NCBI GenBank assembly: GCA_018882795.1
Contig: VERJ01000002.1
Coordinates: forward strand, 12,049-76,048
Origin: Burkholderiaceae bacterium
GTDB taxonomy: Bacteria > Pseudomonadota > Gammaproteobacteria > Burkholderiales > Burkholderiaceae_A
Direction of reading: 5' to 3'
DNA length: 64,000 nucleotides
In this document: piece by piece, positions 1 to 10,645 of the stretch
Numbering within the stretch: position 1 is the stretch's first letter
How the letters are laid out: each line of letters opens with the position of its first letter
The notes under the pieces: generated by a model
The model's database searches: none
What the model was told of the DNA's origin: nothing
What the model saw: the letters and a program-made list of their open reading frames with translations, nothing else
Program-made: the position numbers and the translations under genes

Positions 1-294
1 GGCGTTTTTTCGGCTCATCATGATCACCACGGCCGTGCCGGCGGCGATCACACGATAGGCCATAGGCGTCTGGGCCAGCACGCCCACGGGCAGCACAATG
101 ATGCGCACTACCAAGGCAGAGACCATGGCATAGGTCACGCAGGTGATCCATCCGAAAAGCGGACTATCTTGTGTGAGTCTGCCGGAGAGGAGCACACCGA
201 GTCCGCGCCATGCATAGGTGCCCATGGCGGCAAAGAGCAGAATCCCCCAGGCCCATAGTGCAGATCCCTGTGGAATATTGAGCAGGCTCTCCAT
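1..294 (-). CDS. azlD: AzlD-family branched-chain amino acid transport protein (C-terminus runs off the window)
   Basis: My own translation of the minus strand from the ATG at 292-294 gives MESLLNIPQGSALWAWGILLFAAMGTYAWRGLGVLLSG... This is a small hydrophobic protein starting 2 nt after the azlC stop. It is open at the window edge, so it is absent from the ORF track. Confidence 0.6.
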   Translation of the reverse strand, partial: MESLLNIPQGSALWAWGILLFAAMGTYAWRGLGVLLSGRLTQDSPLFGWITCVTYAMVSALVVRIIVLPVGVLAQTPMAYRVIAAGTAVVIMMSRKNA

Positions 295-296
295 GT

Positions 297-1022
297 TTAC
301 GCCTTTTTTCCTAAGGCCATATCAAGAAAAAATGCAACACTGCCGCCAATCAGACCGCAGATCAGAATGCTCCAGCCCGGCGCCCATCCATAGACGATGG
401 GGCCCGATAGTCCACCGATCAGCAGTGCGAAGCGACTCGCCCGCGCGCGTACCTCAACAAAGCTGAGCAGGAAAAACAGTGGATTGAGCATGACCAGACC
501 AATAGTGATCGGCGTGGGCACATGGCCGGCCAGCAGATAACCCAGCATGGTGCCGGGCACGCTTACCGCCCAGCAGGTCAGACCAAAGCCTGTGAAATAG
601 GCCATACGTTCCTGTGGCGGTATGCGGGAGAACTCCCGCATCATCGCTGCCCAGCTGGTCATTGAGATGAAGTGGGCTACACCGTAGAGCGAGGGCCTAC
701 GATCCTCTTTCGGAATCTGCGGAATGAGCGTGAGCGTCATGGGCAGAAAACGCGCTGCCGTGAGCGCTGCGGCGATCGCCACTGCAAAGCCGGAGGCGCC
801 GAGTGCCACCATCTCGACAAATACCACCTGCCCCGGTAAGGCATAAAGAAAAAACGTGGTGGCGGTGGTCACGCCGAGCGTGAGTCCACTCGCATGGCCC
901 AGAGCACCAAAGCCGATCATGCCCGCCACCAGCACCGCAGCGGGTACGCCGAAGGCATCCCGGCAACCGGCCAGCAATGATTTGCGCGTGCTGAGTGTGG
1001 AGGAATCTGACATGGCGGCCAT
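297..1022 (-). CDS. azlC: AzlC-family branched-chain amino acid permease
   Basis: ORF 297..1040 is a polytopic membrane protein with an AzlC-like N-terminus (LLAGCRDAFGVPAAVLVAGMIGFGAL). The first in-frame ATG is at 1022; 1040 is TTG. azlD follows immediately. Confidence 0.7.
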   Translation of the reverse strand: MAAMSDSSTLSTRKSLLAGCRDAFGVPAAVLVAGMIGFGALGHASGLTLGVTTATTFFLYALPGQVVFVEMVALGASGFAVAIAAALTAARFLPMTLTLIPQIPKEDRRPSLYGVAHFISMTSWAAMMREFSRIPPQERMAYFTGFGLTCWAVSVPGTMLGYLLAGHVPTPITIGLVMLNPLFFLLSFVEVRARASRFALLIGGLSGPIVYGWAPGWSILICGLIGGSVAFFLDMALGKKA

Positions 1023-1050
1023 TGTAGGCCTGGCAATCAAATCCGCGATA

Positions 1051-1728
1051 ATGAGGTCTATGTCGCATGCGCGGGGACTTCAAAAAATTCGGGTCTGGGA
1101 TCTGCCCACGCGATTGTTTCATTGGCTCTTAGCGATCTCTATCGTGGCCGCGTTTATCTCCGTAAAAATTGGCGGCAATGCCATGGTCTGGCATGGCCGT
1201 TTCGGCGATGCGGCCCTGGCCCTGATTCTCTTTCGACTGGCTTGGGGTGTTGTGGGCCCGCATTACGCACGATTTGCTCAGTTTGTGAAGGGCCCTTCTG
1301 CCATATTGCAGGAACTCCGCGGCGATGCGCCGCGCAGTCCGGGCCACAACCCGCTGGGTGCCCTTTCGGTCCTGGCGATGCTGCTGTTGATCGGCCTTCA
1401 GGCAGGTCTTGGCCTCTTTAGCTCAGATGACATTGCCTTCGATGGTCCGCTTGCAAAGCATGTCAGCAGTGCGACGGTGGAATTCGCCACACGGTGGCAC
1501 CATCGTTTTGAATGGCTACTGATCGGATTGATTATCTTGCACATTGCAGCGGTGATCTGGCATCAACGCGTGAAGGGCCATGATCTGGTGCGGCCCATGA
1601 TTACGGGCGATCAGTGGGCTGCTTTTTCTGCCTCACTGCAGGCCGCACGTGATGATGCGTTCATGCGTGCAAGGGCGATTGTGCTGATCACCCTTGCCGC
1701 ATTATTGGTGGCTTACTTGTCGCGATAG
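1051..1728 (+). CDS. cytochrome b561 family protein
   Basis: ORF 856..1728 is trimmed to ATG 1051 because the upstream part overlaps azlC on the other strand. It has TM helices with conserved His residues (LFHWLLAISIV, WHGRFG, RWHHRFEWLLIGLIILH) and is paired with cytochrome c'. Confidence 0.75.
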   Translation: MRSMSHARGLQKIRVWDLPTRLFHWLLAISIVAAFISVKIGGNAMVWHGRFGDAALALILFRLAWGVVGPHYARFAQFVKGPSAILQELRGDAPRSPGHNPLGALSVLAMLLLIGLQAGLGLFSSDDIAFDGPLAKHVSSATVEFATRWHHRFEWLLIGLIILHIAAVIWHQRVKGHDLVRPMITGDQWAAFSASLQAARDDAFMRARAIVLITLAALLVAYLSR

Positions 1729-2168
1729 TCATCGTGGCAGGCCTTGCAGGTCTGCCCGGTGGCGCCAAACGCCTTTTTAATCTGTTCAAGGTTGCCGGAT
1801 TTCGCAGCCGTGTTCAGATCTGCCGCAGCCTTCATGAATTTATCTGCGCCCGCTTTCACCTTGTCAATCTCCTTCCAGACTGCGGGCTTGGCCTTGCCGC
1901 CCTCCGTACCGGGACCAAATGCTTCCCAGGGCAGTGTGGAGAGTGTGGCGATCAGGGCAGCGCTTTTTTGGACTTCTGCAGCGTTAAAGGGAGCCTCACC
2001 CTTTACCACCGCGCCGATACGGTTCATGTGGGCACCGGTCAGCGCAAAAGCGCTTTGACGATATTTGATCGCATCTTCTTTCTTCGCAAATTGCGCGGAG
2101 GCAGTGAGAGGCATGGCGGCAAGCACGCCGCAGGCGATGCTGAATCCAAGTGCAGATTTCAATTTCAT
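1713..2168 (-). CDS. cytochrome c' (class II c-type cytochrome)
   Basis: 151 aa with a signal peptide (...PLTASA/QF). It has a single C-terminal heme motif CKACH and a length typical of a four-helix-bundle protein. Confidence 0.85.
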   Translation of the reverse strand: MKLKSALGFSIACGVLAAMPLTASAQFAKKEDAIKYRQSAFALTGAHMNRIGAVVKGEAPFNAAEVQKSAALIATLSTLPWEAFGPGTEGGKAKPAVWKEIDKVKAGADKFMKAAADLNTAAKSGNLEQIKKAFGATGQTCKACHDDYRDK

Positions 2169-2217
2169 ATGGGCTCCTTATGTGGAATAAATTAATGGCG
2201 CGTAAGCTGCGGAAATG

Positions 2218-3093
2218 CTATTGGCGGGTGGATTTTCCCGCCGACATGACCCACCAGACGCCCCAGACGGTCAGCAGTGTGCCGGCCACAGTACTGAGTG
2301 TAATTGGTTCATCGAACAGGAACCAGGCCATGATGGCCGTGGTGGGTGGTGTCAGGTAGAGCAGGCTGGTGACTTGTGTGGCAGCGCCTTCACGAATCAG
2401 AATGAAGAGCAGCGAGATCGCGCCGATGGAGAGCGCCAGGATTGCCCAGAGCAGTGCCCCGATCATTTCCGGATGCCAGACAACTTCCCGGGTCTCAAAT
2501 AGGAACATGAAGGGCAGACAGACCAGCGCTGAGACGGTGAACTGAATGACCGATCCCGCTCGCAGATCGAAGCTTGGACAATATTTTTTCTGATAGATCG
2601 TGCCCAACGTGATGCTGGCCAGGGCGATCACCGCGAGTCCAAGGCTCAGTGCTGTCATGCCGGTCAGAGACAGCTTGGCAAACACGACCAATCCCACGCC
2701 AGAGAGCCCCAGTGCCAGACCGATCCATTGCCGTGCAGTTACTTTTTCGGCCAGTAGGGCCGCCAGCCAGGCGGTGATGATCGGCTGCAGGCCCACGATC
2801 AGGGCCACCAGGCCAGCAGACATGCCATGCCGCACCGCAGCCCAGACACCCCCCAGATAGCCTGCCTGCAGGAGCACTCCAGCGATGCTGATATGAAGGA
2901 TTTTTCGTCTTTCGGGCCATATCGGCTGCAACAGCATGACCGCCGGCACCATGATCACCAGCACGCCCACAAAGCGCAAAAACAGGAAAGTCATGGGCTC
3001 GGCGTGGGGCATGCCATAGCGGGCGATGATGAAGCCGGAGCTCCAGATCAGCACAAAAGTTGCGGGAATCAGGCGTCGGAGGGCGGGATGCAT
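2218..3093 (-). CDS. EamA/DMT family transporter
   Basis: ORF 2218..3174 is trimmed to ATG 3093 (MHPALRRLIPATFVLIWSSGFIIARYG). It has about 10 TM segments in two EamA-like halves. Confidence 0.75.
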   Translation of the reverse strand: MHPALRRLIPATFVLIWSSGFIIARYGMPHAEPMTFLFLRFVGVLVIMVPAVMLLQPIWPERRKILHISIAGVLLQAGYLGGVWAAVRHGMSAGLVALIVGLQPIITAWLAALLAEKVTARQWIGLALGLSGVGLVVFAKLSLTGMTALSLGLAVIALASITLGTIYQKKYCPSFDLRAGSVIQFTVSALVCLPFMFLFETREVVWHPEMIGALLWAILALSIGAISLLFILIREGAATQVTSLLYLTPPTTAIMAWFLFDEPITLSTVAGTLLTVWGVWWVMSAGKSTRQ

Positions 3094-3128
3094 GGGGTTT
3101 TTAGGGAAACATCGTGGATAATGCCCGA

Positions 3129-4532
3129 ATGAGTTTTGATGCGTTTGGCCTGCATCCCGATTTGATGCGGGCAATTGCCGAGTTAGGCTACACCACCCCC
3201 ACCCCGATCCAGTCCCAGGCGATCCCCGTCGTGATTGAGGGCAAAGACGTCATGGGCGCCGCCCAGACGGGCACGGGCAAGACGGCCGCATTCACCCTGC
3301 CCATTTTGCAGCGGCTGATGGCCTATGCAAATACCAGTGCCTCGCCCGCGCGACACCCGGTGCGGGCATTGATTCTTGCGCCCACGCGCGAGCTCGCCGA
3401 TCAGATTGCCCAGAATGTCAGTCAATACGCCAAGCATGTGCCGCTAAAAAGCGTCGTTGTGTTTGGTGGTGTGGACATGACGCCGCAGACTGCCGCATTG
3501 CGATCGGGTGTTGAAATCTTGATTGCAACGCCTGGCCGCCTGCTGGATCATGTCCAGCAGAAAACAGTGTCGCTTGCTTCGGTCTCGGTCCTGGTCCTTG
3601 ATGAGGCTGATCGCATGCTGGACATGGGCTTTCTTCCCGACCTGCAGCGTATTGTGAACCTGCTGCCGAAGGCCCGTCAGAGCCTGCTTTTTTCTGCCAC
3701 TTTTTCGCCCGAGATCCGCAAGCTCGCCAAAACGTTTCTGAATGACAGCCCTGTGGTAATTGAGGTCGCTGCCCGAAACGCCACGGCCGATAACGTCTCG
3801 CAGGTGGTCTTCATGGTCGATCGGTCCGAGTCCAAGCGCGCGGCGGTGGCCCATCTGGTGAAGAGCCGGGGCCTAAGGCAGGTGATTGTGTTCACCAACA
3901 CCAAAATTGGTGCGAGTCGTCTGGCCCGAGAACTTCAGCGTGAGGGCATCCCTGCGGATGCGATTCACGGCGATAAATCCCAGGGCGAGCGGCTTGCAAC
4001 TCTGGAAAAATTTAAAAAAGGCGAGGTTGAGGTCATGGTGGCCACCGATGTTGCGGCCCGCGGCCTGGATATTGCCGAGCTTCCGGCTGTGATCAACTAT
4101 GACTTGCCGTATTCGCCTGAAGATTATGTGCATCGGATTGGCCGCACAGGCCGTGCGGGTGCCAGCGGCCAGGCAATGTCGCTGATGGTCCCTGAGGATG
4201 CACGGCTTCTTGCTGATATTGAAAAGCTGGTGCGCAAGACCATCACAAGGGAATCCCTGCGGATTGAGCGTGCATCGCGCGGTGGGTCATCGTCTTACGA
4301 ATCACCAAGACCAAAATCCTATTCGGTGCCCAAAGCGGTCAAGGCAGTGCCTGCTGACCCGATTTTTTCTCAACCCTACGTACCCAAGGCCGCATCTTCT
4401 GAGCAGGTCGGTGAGGCCGCGGTATCGGCAACGACTGTCCAGCCCACAGTTGCAGGAAAATCCACGCCATCGGGCATCAAGCGTGCCCCGAAAACGGTGC
4501 CCTCACTGCTTGGTGGTAAGCGCAAAACCTAG
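3129..4532 (+). CDS. rhlE: DEAD-box ATP-dependent RNA helicase (RhlE-like)
   Basis: Helicase motifs are AQTGTGKT, PTRELA, VLDEADRML, FSAT and HRIGRTGRAG, followed by a Pro/basic-rich C-terminal tail. The start is taken at ATG 3129 (MSFDAFGL). Confidence 0.9.
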   Translation: MSFDAFGLHPDLMRAIAELGYTTPTPIQSQAIPVVIEGKDVMGAAQTGTGKTAAFTLPILQRLMAYANTSASPARHPVRALILAPTRELADQIAQNVSQYAKHVPLKSVVVFGGVDMTPQTAALRSGVEILIATPGRLLDHVQQKTVSLASVSVLVLDEADRMLDMGFLPDLQRIVNLLPKARQSLLFSATFSPEIRKLAKTFLNDSPVVIEVAARNATADNVSQVVFMVDRSESKRAAVAHLVKSRGLRQVIVFTNTKIGASRLARELQREGIPADAIHGDKSQGERLATLEKFKKGEVEVMVATDVAARGLDIAELPAVINYDLPYSPEDYVHRIGRTGRAGASGQAMSLMVPEDARLLADIEKLVRKTITRESLRIERASRGGSSSYESPRPKSYSVPKAVKAVPADPIFSQPYVPKAASSEQVGEAAVSATTVQPTVAGKSTPSGIKRAPKTVPSLLGGKRKT

Positions 4533-5431
4533 CAGGTTGGCGCAACAGGTTTGATCGGCTGCTGACGCAGTCGCGCCCAACATCCCTCGACCCTGGCGAG
4601 CCAGCTCGGGGGCATGTGAAATTCAAGATATGACCAGGCGAAATCCAGTTGAAGTTGAATCACTTCTGCACTGTCGATGCGCAGCGGCGGTGCCTTGGTC
4701 TGCTTGGAGAGTTTCTCGCCCTGATCATTTTTCACAACCGGCACATGCTGTACATAGGGCTGGGGCAGGCCCAAGGCCTCGCGCAGGGCCTGGTGTCGGG
4801 GGGCGGCATGCAGCAGATCATCGCCGCGCAGGATATGCGTGATGCCTTGGAAACCATCATCAACCACCACTGCCAGATGGTAGGCCCAGAAGCCATCGGC
4901 ACGTCGCAGCAGGAAATCATCACCATTGTCATTGCGAAAGCGCCATGAGCATCCCTCACGGTCTTCTTGACGAAAAAAGACTTCGGCGCGGGGCTGGGTC
5001 ATGCGCTCCGGCTGCTGTGGTCTACAGTAGCCTGGGTAAATAATTTCACCATCGGGATTGTGGGTGGTCTTACCTGATCCCACCGCGTATTGAAGCCGTT
5101 TGCGCGAACAGGTGCAGGGATAGACACGGCCTGCCGCAATAAGCGTTTCCAATGCGGCAAGATAGGCATCATGGCGGCTGCTTTGAAACAGTACCCCCAT
5201 GCGCGATTCCCTGTCTTCCCATGCATCCCAATGCAGACCGTGGGCGGAGAGCTGCTGAAGAATCAGGTCGGCAGCGCCGGGTTCCTCGCGCGGTGGATCC
5301 AGATCTTCCACACGCACCAGCCACTGCCGCCCATTGGCCCGCGCATCCAGCCAACTGGCCAGGGCCGTGACCAGTGAGCCCAGGTGCAGGGGGCCGGTGG
5401 GGGAGGGGGCAAAACGGCCTTTCGCTTGCAA
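4529..5431 (-). CDS. gluQ: glutamyl-Q tRNA(Asp) synthetase
   Basis: 300 aa truncated GluRS paralogue with FAPSPTGPLHLGS (HIGH-type) and KLSKQ motifs and no anticodon-binding domain. Confidence 0.85.
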   Translation of the reverse strand: MQAKGRFAPSPTGPLHLGSLVTALASWLDARANGRQWLVRVEDLDPPREEPGAADLILQQLSAHGLHWDAWEDRESRMGVLFQSSRHDAYLAALETLIAAGRVYPCTCSRKRLQYAVGSGKTTHNPDGEIIYPGYCRPQQPERMTQPRAEVFFRQEDREGCSWRFRNDNGDDFLLRRADGFWAYHLAVVVDDGFQGITHILRGDDLLHAAPRHQALREALGLPQPYVQHVPVVKNDQGEKLSKQTKAPPLRIDSAEVIQLQLDFAWSYLEFHMPPSWLARVEGCWARLRQQPIKPVAPTC

Positions 5432-5448
5432 CGGGTGACCCCTGTGGG

Positions 5449-6747
5449 CTACCTGGCGATTTCCGCGAAGCTTTCGCGCGCGGCCTGCAGGGTCTGGTCA
5501 ATTGGATCGCCGGCATGAGCGATCGATACAAAACCTGCCTCGAAGGCCGAGGGTGCGAGATACACGCCCCGATTCAGCATTGCGTGAAAGAAGCGATTGA
5601 ACTGATCACGATCTGATTGGCTGACATCGTCGAAGGTGATGGGTATTGTTTTGCTGAAATAAAGCCCGAACATGCCGCCGATACTATCGGTGCAGAAATT
5701 CTCCTCACCTGACTCGTGTGCGATTGTTTGCAGGTCTTGCATCAGGCTGGCGGTCATAGAGGTGAGTTTTTCAAAAAATCCCGGTGCACTCACGATCCTG
5801 AGTGTGGCGAGACCGGCGGCCACCGCAACTGGATTACCGGAGAGCGTACCGGCCTGATAGACCGGGCCCAGCGGGGCCACGCACTGCATGACATCCTTTC
5901 GCCCACCGAACGCGCCCATGGGCATACCACCGCCGATGACCTTGCCCAGGGTGGTCAGGTCAGGCCGCACACCGCTGATGCCTTGGACGCCCTGCGGGCC
6001 AACACGAAACCCTGTCATAACCTCATCAAAAATCAGTAGGGCGCCGTGGGCATCGCACTGTTGGCGCAGCGCTTCAAGAAAACCCTTGATGGGCTTGACC
6101 AGATTCATATTGCCCGCAACCGGCTCGACGATCACGCCAGCAATGGCAGCGCCATGTTCATTGAAACATTTTTTCACTCCGTCGATGTCGTTGTAATCCA
6201 GGACGATGGTTTCTTCGGCAAAGCTCTTGGGCACACCGGCTGAGGTTGGATTGCCAAAGGTCAGCAGGCCCGAGCCCGCCTTGACCAGCAGGCTGTCCAC
6301 ATGGCCGTGATAGCAGCCTTCGAACTTGATGATCTTGGAGCGGCCCGTGAATCCGCGTGCAACCCGAATCGCAGACATTGTGGCCTCCGTGCCTGAAGAA
6401 GTCAGGCGCATCATTTCCATGGAAGGCAGGTGGCTGCGGATCCATTCCGCGATCTCGACTTCTGCGGCGGTGGGTGCGCCAAAAGAAAGGCCATGGGCGG
6501 CGGCCTCTTGCACGGCTGCGATCACTTCTGGGTGGGCATGGCCCACGATGGCTGGCCCCCATGAACAGATATAGTCAACATAGCGATTACCATCGGCATC
6601 CCAGCCATAGGCACCCTTGGCCTTGGCGAAAAACCGCGGCGTGCCACCTACTGAGCGAAATGCACGAACAGGTGAATTCACACCTCCCGGGATGGTTTGT
6701 TGCGCCTGGGCAAAAAGCGCTTCACTTTTTTTGGTGATCTGCTGCAT
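5449..6747 (-). CDS. hemL: glutamate-1-semialdehyde 2,1-aminomutase
   Basis: ORF 5449..6846 is trimmed to ATG 6747 ([30 protein letters not shown]). The class III aminotransferase layout runs its whole length. Confidence 0.9.
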   Translation of the reverse strand: MQQITKKSEALFAQAQQTIPGGVNSPVRAFRSVGGTPRFFAKAKGAYGWDADGNRYVDYICSWGPAIVGHAHPEVIAAVQEAAAHGLSFGAPTAAEVEIAEWIRSHLPSMEMMRLTSSGTEATMSAIRVARGFTGRSKIIKFEGCYHGHVDSLLVKAGSGLLTFGNPTSAGVPKSFAEETIVLDYNDIDGVKKCFNEHGAAIAGVIVEPVAGNMNLVKPIKGFLEALRQQCDAHGALLIFDEVMTGFRVGPQGVQGISGVRPDLTTLGKVIGGGMPMGAFGGRKDVMQCVAPLGPVYQAGTLSGNPVAVAAGLATLRIVSAPGFFEKLTSMTASLMQDLQTIAHESGEENFCTDSIGGMFGLYFSKTIPITFDDVSQSDRDQFNRFFHAMLNRGVYLAPSAFEAGFVSIAHAGDPIDQTLQAARESFAEIAR

Positions 6748-6861
6748 GACGGCCTTTCTGTCGGCGTTGCGGATAAACTCTCTATTGGAAGGCATTTTAA
6801 ATCGACTGGCTAGAACAGTTGATTGCGATGACTCAAGACTCTTCAAAGGAAGCGTGGATTC

Positions 6862-7026
6862 ATGAAAAAGTATATGTGTCTGATTTGCGGCTGGATTTAT
6901 GATGAGGCCACCGGCTGGCCCGATGATGGCATTGCGCCTGGCACCAAGTGGGAAGATGTCCCTGTTACTTGGGCCTGTCCCGAGTGCGGCGCACAGAAAT
7001 CAGATTTTGAGATGGTGGAGATTTGA
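6862..7026 (+). CDS. rubredoxin
   Basis: Not in the ORF track (54 aa). My own translation is [54 protein letters not shown], with CxxCG...CPxCG iron ligands. Confidence 0.9.
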   Translation: MKKYMCLICGWIYDEATGWPDDGIAPGTKWEDVPVTWACPECGAQKSDFEMVEI

Positions 7027-7089
7027 TGGATCGCTACGGGGCCTGACGGCCCCTCGCGATGACGTTTTTTCAGGTGTCTGACACCTTCG

Positions 7090-8644
7090 TTATTTTTTCA
7101 CCACCGAAAATCGCATCAATGTTTTTTCCCGCGCCTGCGCATGATCGACCACAGGTAAGGGATAAGTCTTGCCCAGTGTGATGCCCGCATCTTTCAGCAC
7201 CACGGGTGGCGCTATCCAGGGCGCGTGAATGCATCGATCATCCAGCGCAGCGATCTCGGGCACATAGCGCCGGATGAAACTGCCGCGCTCATCGAATCGT
7301 TCACTCTGACTCACGGGATTGAAAATGCGGAAGTAGGGTTGCGCATCGCAGCCGGTGGAGGCCGCCCATTGCCAGCCTCCGTTGTTAGCCGAAAGATCAT
7401 AGTCATTCAGTTTCCAGGCGAAGTAGCGCTCACCGCGTCGCCAATCAACGCCCAGGTCTTTGGTCAGAAAAGAGGCCACCACCATGCGCAGCCGGTTGTG
7501 CATGTAGCCGGTGGCATTGAGCTGCCGCATGCCGGCATCTACCAGGGGGTAGCCGGTTTGGCCCGCACACCATGAGTCAAAAAGCGCATCGGCCTCGGGC
7601 CCCTCGGTCCAGCGAATCGCATCGTATTCGGGTTTAAAGCTTGCATTCACCACATGCGGATGATGATGCAGGATCTGCATGTAGAAATCCCGCCAAATCA
7701 ATTCGGAGAGCCATGTTGCAGCACCTTCGGCAGCCTGCCGATCAGCCTGTGCAGAGAGCGCAAAGCGCACCAGTTCACGAATAGAGATCGTGCCAAAGCG
7801 CAGGTGGACTGAAAGATAAGATGGCCCCTTTGCGCCGGGGTAATCACGCGCTGCCTTGTACTGGCCGATGCGTGGTTGGAATTCCTTAAAAAGCGTCTGG
7901 GCGCCGGATTCTCCGAGTGGAATTTTCAAGTCATGTAGATTGCCTGCTGAAAAACCCAGTGCGCTGAGAGTAGGCATCGGTTTGCGCAGCGCTGCCTTCA
8001 GTGCGGCGCTGGGCTGCAGCCGTTTGGCCAGGCGATCGCCCACACCGTTGCGAGATGCGAAGCGCTCGGCGCCCGTGGCCTTTGCGGCAACGTCTTCATC
8101 GCGCAAGCGTTTGAGCCAGGCATTTTTGTAGGGCGTGAAAACAGAGAACGGATTGCCTGCACCAGTGAGCACCTCACTGCGCTCGAAGATACATTGGTCC
8201 TTCACCGAGACCGCCTCGATGCCAAGCCCCTGCAGGGTCTGTCGCACCCGATGATCACGTGCCAATGCATCGGGCTCGTCATCGTGGGCAAACACCACGC
8301 GTTTCGCCTGCAGGTCTTGTGCAAGTTCGGGGATTAAGGCGCTGGGATCGCCATGTTGCACAATCAGGTGGGCACCTGCTTCAGAGAGTCGCTGATCGAG
8401 TTCGGCCACTGCGGCGTGGATAAAGGCCACGCGCCGATCCTCACAGGGCGTGGCCTGGCCAGCTCCCGGCAATGCGGACAGGATGGTCTTATCGAAGATG
8501 AATGCGAGTTGCAGGGGCTCCTGATGCTCGAGAGCGACGGCAATCGCAGCGTGGTCGCCAAGCCGCAGGTCGCGCCTGAGCCACACAAGCGTGCAGGGCT
8601 GTGTTTTGTTTTCAGACAAGGTTAAAATTTCCTCATGGGCCATC
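7090..8644 (-). CDS. phrB: deoxyribodipyrimidine photo-lyase (class I CPD photolyase type)
   Basis: ORF 7090..9345 is trimmed to ATG 8642-8644 (MAHEEILTLSENKTQPCTLVWLRRDLRLGDH). The C-terminus carries WQWAASTGCDAQPYFRIFNPVSQSERFD. The upstream 233 codons overlap yqgE/ruvX on the other strand. Confidence 0.85.
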
Positions 8645-9237
8645 AATCTGTTTCCCAACATTATCTCGTGGCCATGCCCAGCCTGACCGATCCTCAGTTC
8701 AATGGCACGGTCATTTATCTTGCTGAGCATACGCCTTCGGGCGCTATGGGCCTGGTGGTCAACCGGCCATCGGAGATGTCTCTGGCCACACTTTTTGATC
8801 GTATCGATCTGCCCCCGGCAAATCCGGAAGCCATTTCGGTCCATCGGGCCAAGCTGCGCTACGGCCCGATTGGCGATGAGATTGTCTACTTGGGCGGCCC
8901 GGTACAGACGGATCGTGGTTTTGTGTTGCACGAGCCTGTCGGCAAGTGGAACTCCACTCTGGTGCTGAACGACGTTACCGGCCTGACATCCTCGCGCGAT
9001 ATCCTGGAGGCCGCAGCTTGTGGCCGGGGCCCCGATCGGATCTTTGTCTCGCTCGGCTATGCGGGCTGGGGCGAGGGCCAACTCGATCAGGAACTGGCGG
9101 CAAATGCCTGGCTCACCGTACCGGCCACAGATACTTCGTTGATCTTCGATATTCCAGTTGACCAGCGCTTCGCATACGCCTTCCGGCTGCTTGGGATTGA
9201 TCCGCTGCATTTCTCGGGAGCCGCCGGGCATGCATGA
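8635..9237 (+). CDS. yqgE: YqgE/AlgH family protein
   Basis: The N-terminus HYLVAMPSLTDPQFNGTVIYLAEHTPSGAMGLVVNRP matches the YqgE family pattern. It is followed by ruvX as in many proteobacteria. Confidence 0.85.
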   Translation: MGHQSVSQHYLVAMPSLTDPQFNGTVIYLAEHTPSGAMGLVVNRPSEMSLATLFDRIDLPPANPEAISVHRAKLRYGPIGDEIVYLGGPVQTDRGFVLHEPVGKWNSTLVLNDVTGLTSSRDILEAAACGRGPDRIFVSLGYAGWGEGQLDQELAANAWLTVPATDTSLIFDIPVDQRFAYAFRLLGIDPLHFSGAAGHA

Positions 9238-9652
9238 CCCGGCCCGTGGGGGCGTTACCCTCATGGCCTTTGATTTCGGGGAGCGTCGTATTGGGGTGGC
9301 CATTGGCAACACCCTGACGGGCGGCGCCCGTCCGCTCGCCGTCATTCAGGAGGAACGCCGCGAGGCCCGCTTTGCCCGCATTGCCGCCCTGATTGCAGAG
9401 TGGGGCCCCGAGCGGCTGGTGGTGGGATTGCCTGCTCATCCCGATGGCGCTGAACATCCTTTTGCTGCCCGTTGTCAGCGCTTTGCCCATCAGCTGCAGG
9501 GCCGCTTTGGCCTCGCAGTGGAGATGGTGGATGAGCGCTGGACATCGGCCCTGGCGCCAGGCGAGGCGCCCATCGATGCCGAGGCTGCCGCGATCCTGCT
9601 GCAGGGCGTTTTAGATACACTGTCGTCTCATGCCACGGTCCATCCAAATTAA
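9230..9652 (+). CDS. ruvX: Holliday junction resolvase-like protein RuvX (YqgF)
   Basis: ORF 9158..9652 is trimmed to ATG 9230, which overlaps the yqgE stop. It carries [17 protein letters not shown], the YqgF N-terminal motif. Confidence 0.85.
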   Translation: MHDPARGGVTLMAFDFGERRIGVAIGNTLTGGARPLAVIQEERREARFARIAALIAEWGPERLVVGLPAHPDGAEHPFAARCQRFAHQLQGRFGLAVEMVDERWTSALAPGEAPIDAEAAAILLQGVLDTLSSHATVHPN

Positions 9653-10598
9653 TGCCAACGGTGAGCTCATTCACCTGCTCAGTACAGAGGGCATTCCCAG
9701 GGCATTGATGCTCCGAATCCTCGATCGCGCCAATACATTTCTCAATCCGAACGATCCCACTGAAGTGGTCAATGCGCCCCTCCTCGATGGCAAGAGCGTG
9801 TTCAACCTCTTTTTTGAAAATTCCACCCGCACCCGCACCACATTCGAGATCGCGGCCAAACGGCTCTCGGCCGATGTGGTGAACCTGAATGTGCAGGTCT
9901 CCAGTACAGCCAAGGGTGAGTCCCTGCTGGACACGATCGACAACCTTGCCGCTATGAAGGCCGATATGTTTGTCGTGCGCCATGGCCAGAGTGGTGCGCC
10001 TTATCTGATCGCCAAACACATCAACAAGGTAGCACCGCACATTCGCGTGATGAACGCAGGCGATGGCCGACATGCCCACCCCACTCAGGCCCTATTGGAT
10101 GCCTTCACCATTCGCCATTTCAAGGGTGATTTTCAGCATCTGCGTGTGGCCATCGTGGGCGATATCCTCCATTCACGTGTGGCCCGCTCCAACATCCACG
10201 CCCTGACCACTCTGGGGGTGCCGGAGATCCGTGCCATTGCGCCGCTGACACTGCTTCCATCGGGATTAAAAGAGATGGGCCTTCAGGTCTACACCGATTT
10301 GTCGGAGGGGCTGCGCGATGTGGATGTGATTCTGATGCTGCGGCTTCAGAATGAGCGCATGCGGGGTGCAATGCTGCCCAGCACCCAGGAATACTTCAAG
10401 CACTACGGGCTGACTCAGGAAAAACTCACCGTGGCCAAGCCCGACGCGATTGTTATGCATCCGGGCCCGATGAACCGTGGTGTGGAGATTGATTCTGCAG
10501 TCGCAGATGGCGCGCAGTCGGTCATTCTTTCCCAGGTCACCTTCGGGATTGCCGTGCGTATGGCGGTGATGAGCATGCTCGCCGAGGTGAAACACTGA
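9630..10598 (+). CDS. pyrB: aspartate carbamoyltransferase catalytic subunit
   Basis: Motifs are [21 protein letters not shown] and MHPGPMNRG. Confidence 0.95.
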   Translation: MPRSIQINANGELIHLLSTEGIPRALMLRILDRANTFLNPNDPTEVVNAPLLDGKSVFNLFFENSTRTRTTFEIAAKRLSADVVNLNVQVSSTAKGESLLDTIDNLAAMKADMFVVRHGQSGAPYLIAKHINKVAPHIRVMNAGDGRHAHPTQALLDAFTIRHFKGDFQHLRVAIVGDILHSRVARSNIHALTTLGVPEIRAIAPLTLLPSGLKEMGLQVYTDLSEGLRDVDVILMLRLQNERMRGAMLPSTQEYFKHYGLTQEKLTVAKPDAIVMHPGPMNRGVEIDSAVADGAQSVILSQVTFGIAVRMAVMSMLAEVKH

Positions 10599-10645
10599 TG
10601 GCGGCTGCAAAGCGCATGATGGCGGTACCCGCCACGCTGCCGCGC

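Noticed and set aside
856-1050. Upstream extension of the cytochrome b561 ORF.
   Set aside because: It overlaps azlC on the opposite strand. The b561 homology and first TM helix start after ATG 1051.
3113-3121. DnaA-box-like CGTGGATAA near the rhlE start.
   Set aside because: It is a single 8/9 match with no cluster of boxes or AT-rich unwinding element, so it is not an origin.
7037-7070. GGGGCC-tgac-GGCCCC hairpin after rubredoxin as a terminator.
   Set aside because: The stem is only 6 bp and the T-run starts about 12 nt downstream. It is plausible but too weak to list as a feature.
8645-9345. N-terminal 233 codons of the 751-aa ORF 7090..9345 (a would-be giant photolyase).
   Set aside because: This part is antisense to the well-supported yqgE and ruvX genes and is Arg/Pro/Gly-rich with no photolyase similarity. 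The photolyase homology begins at MAHEEILTL...LVWLRRDLRL, so the extension is a GC-rich antisense artefact.
9342-10079. 245-aa minus-strand ORF antisense to ruvX/pyrB. The same applies to 12182..12706, 57744..58373 and 58860..59414.
   Set aside because: All lie opposite strongly supported genes, have biased composition and have no recognisable domains.
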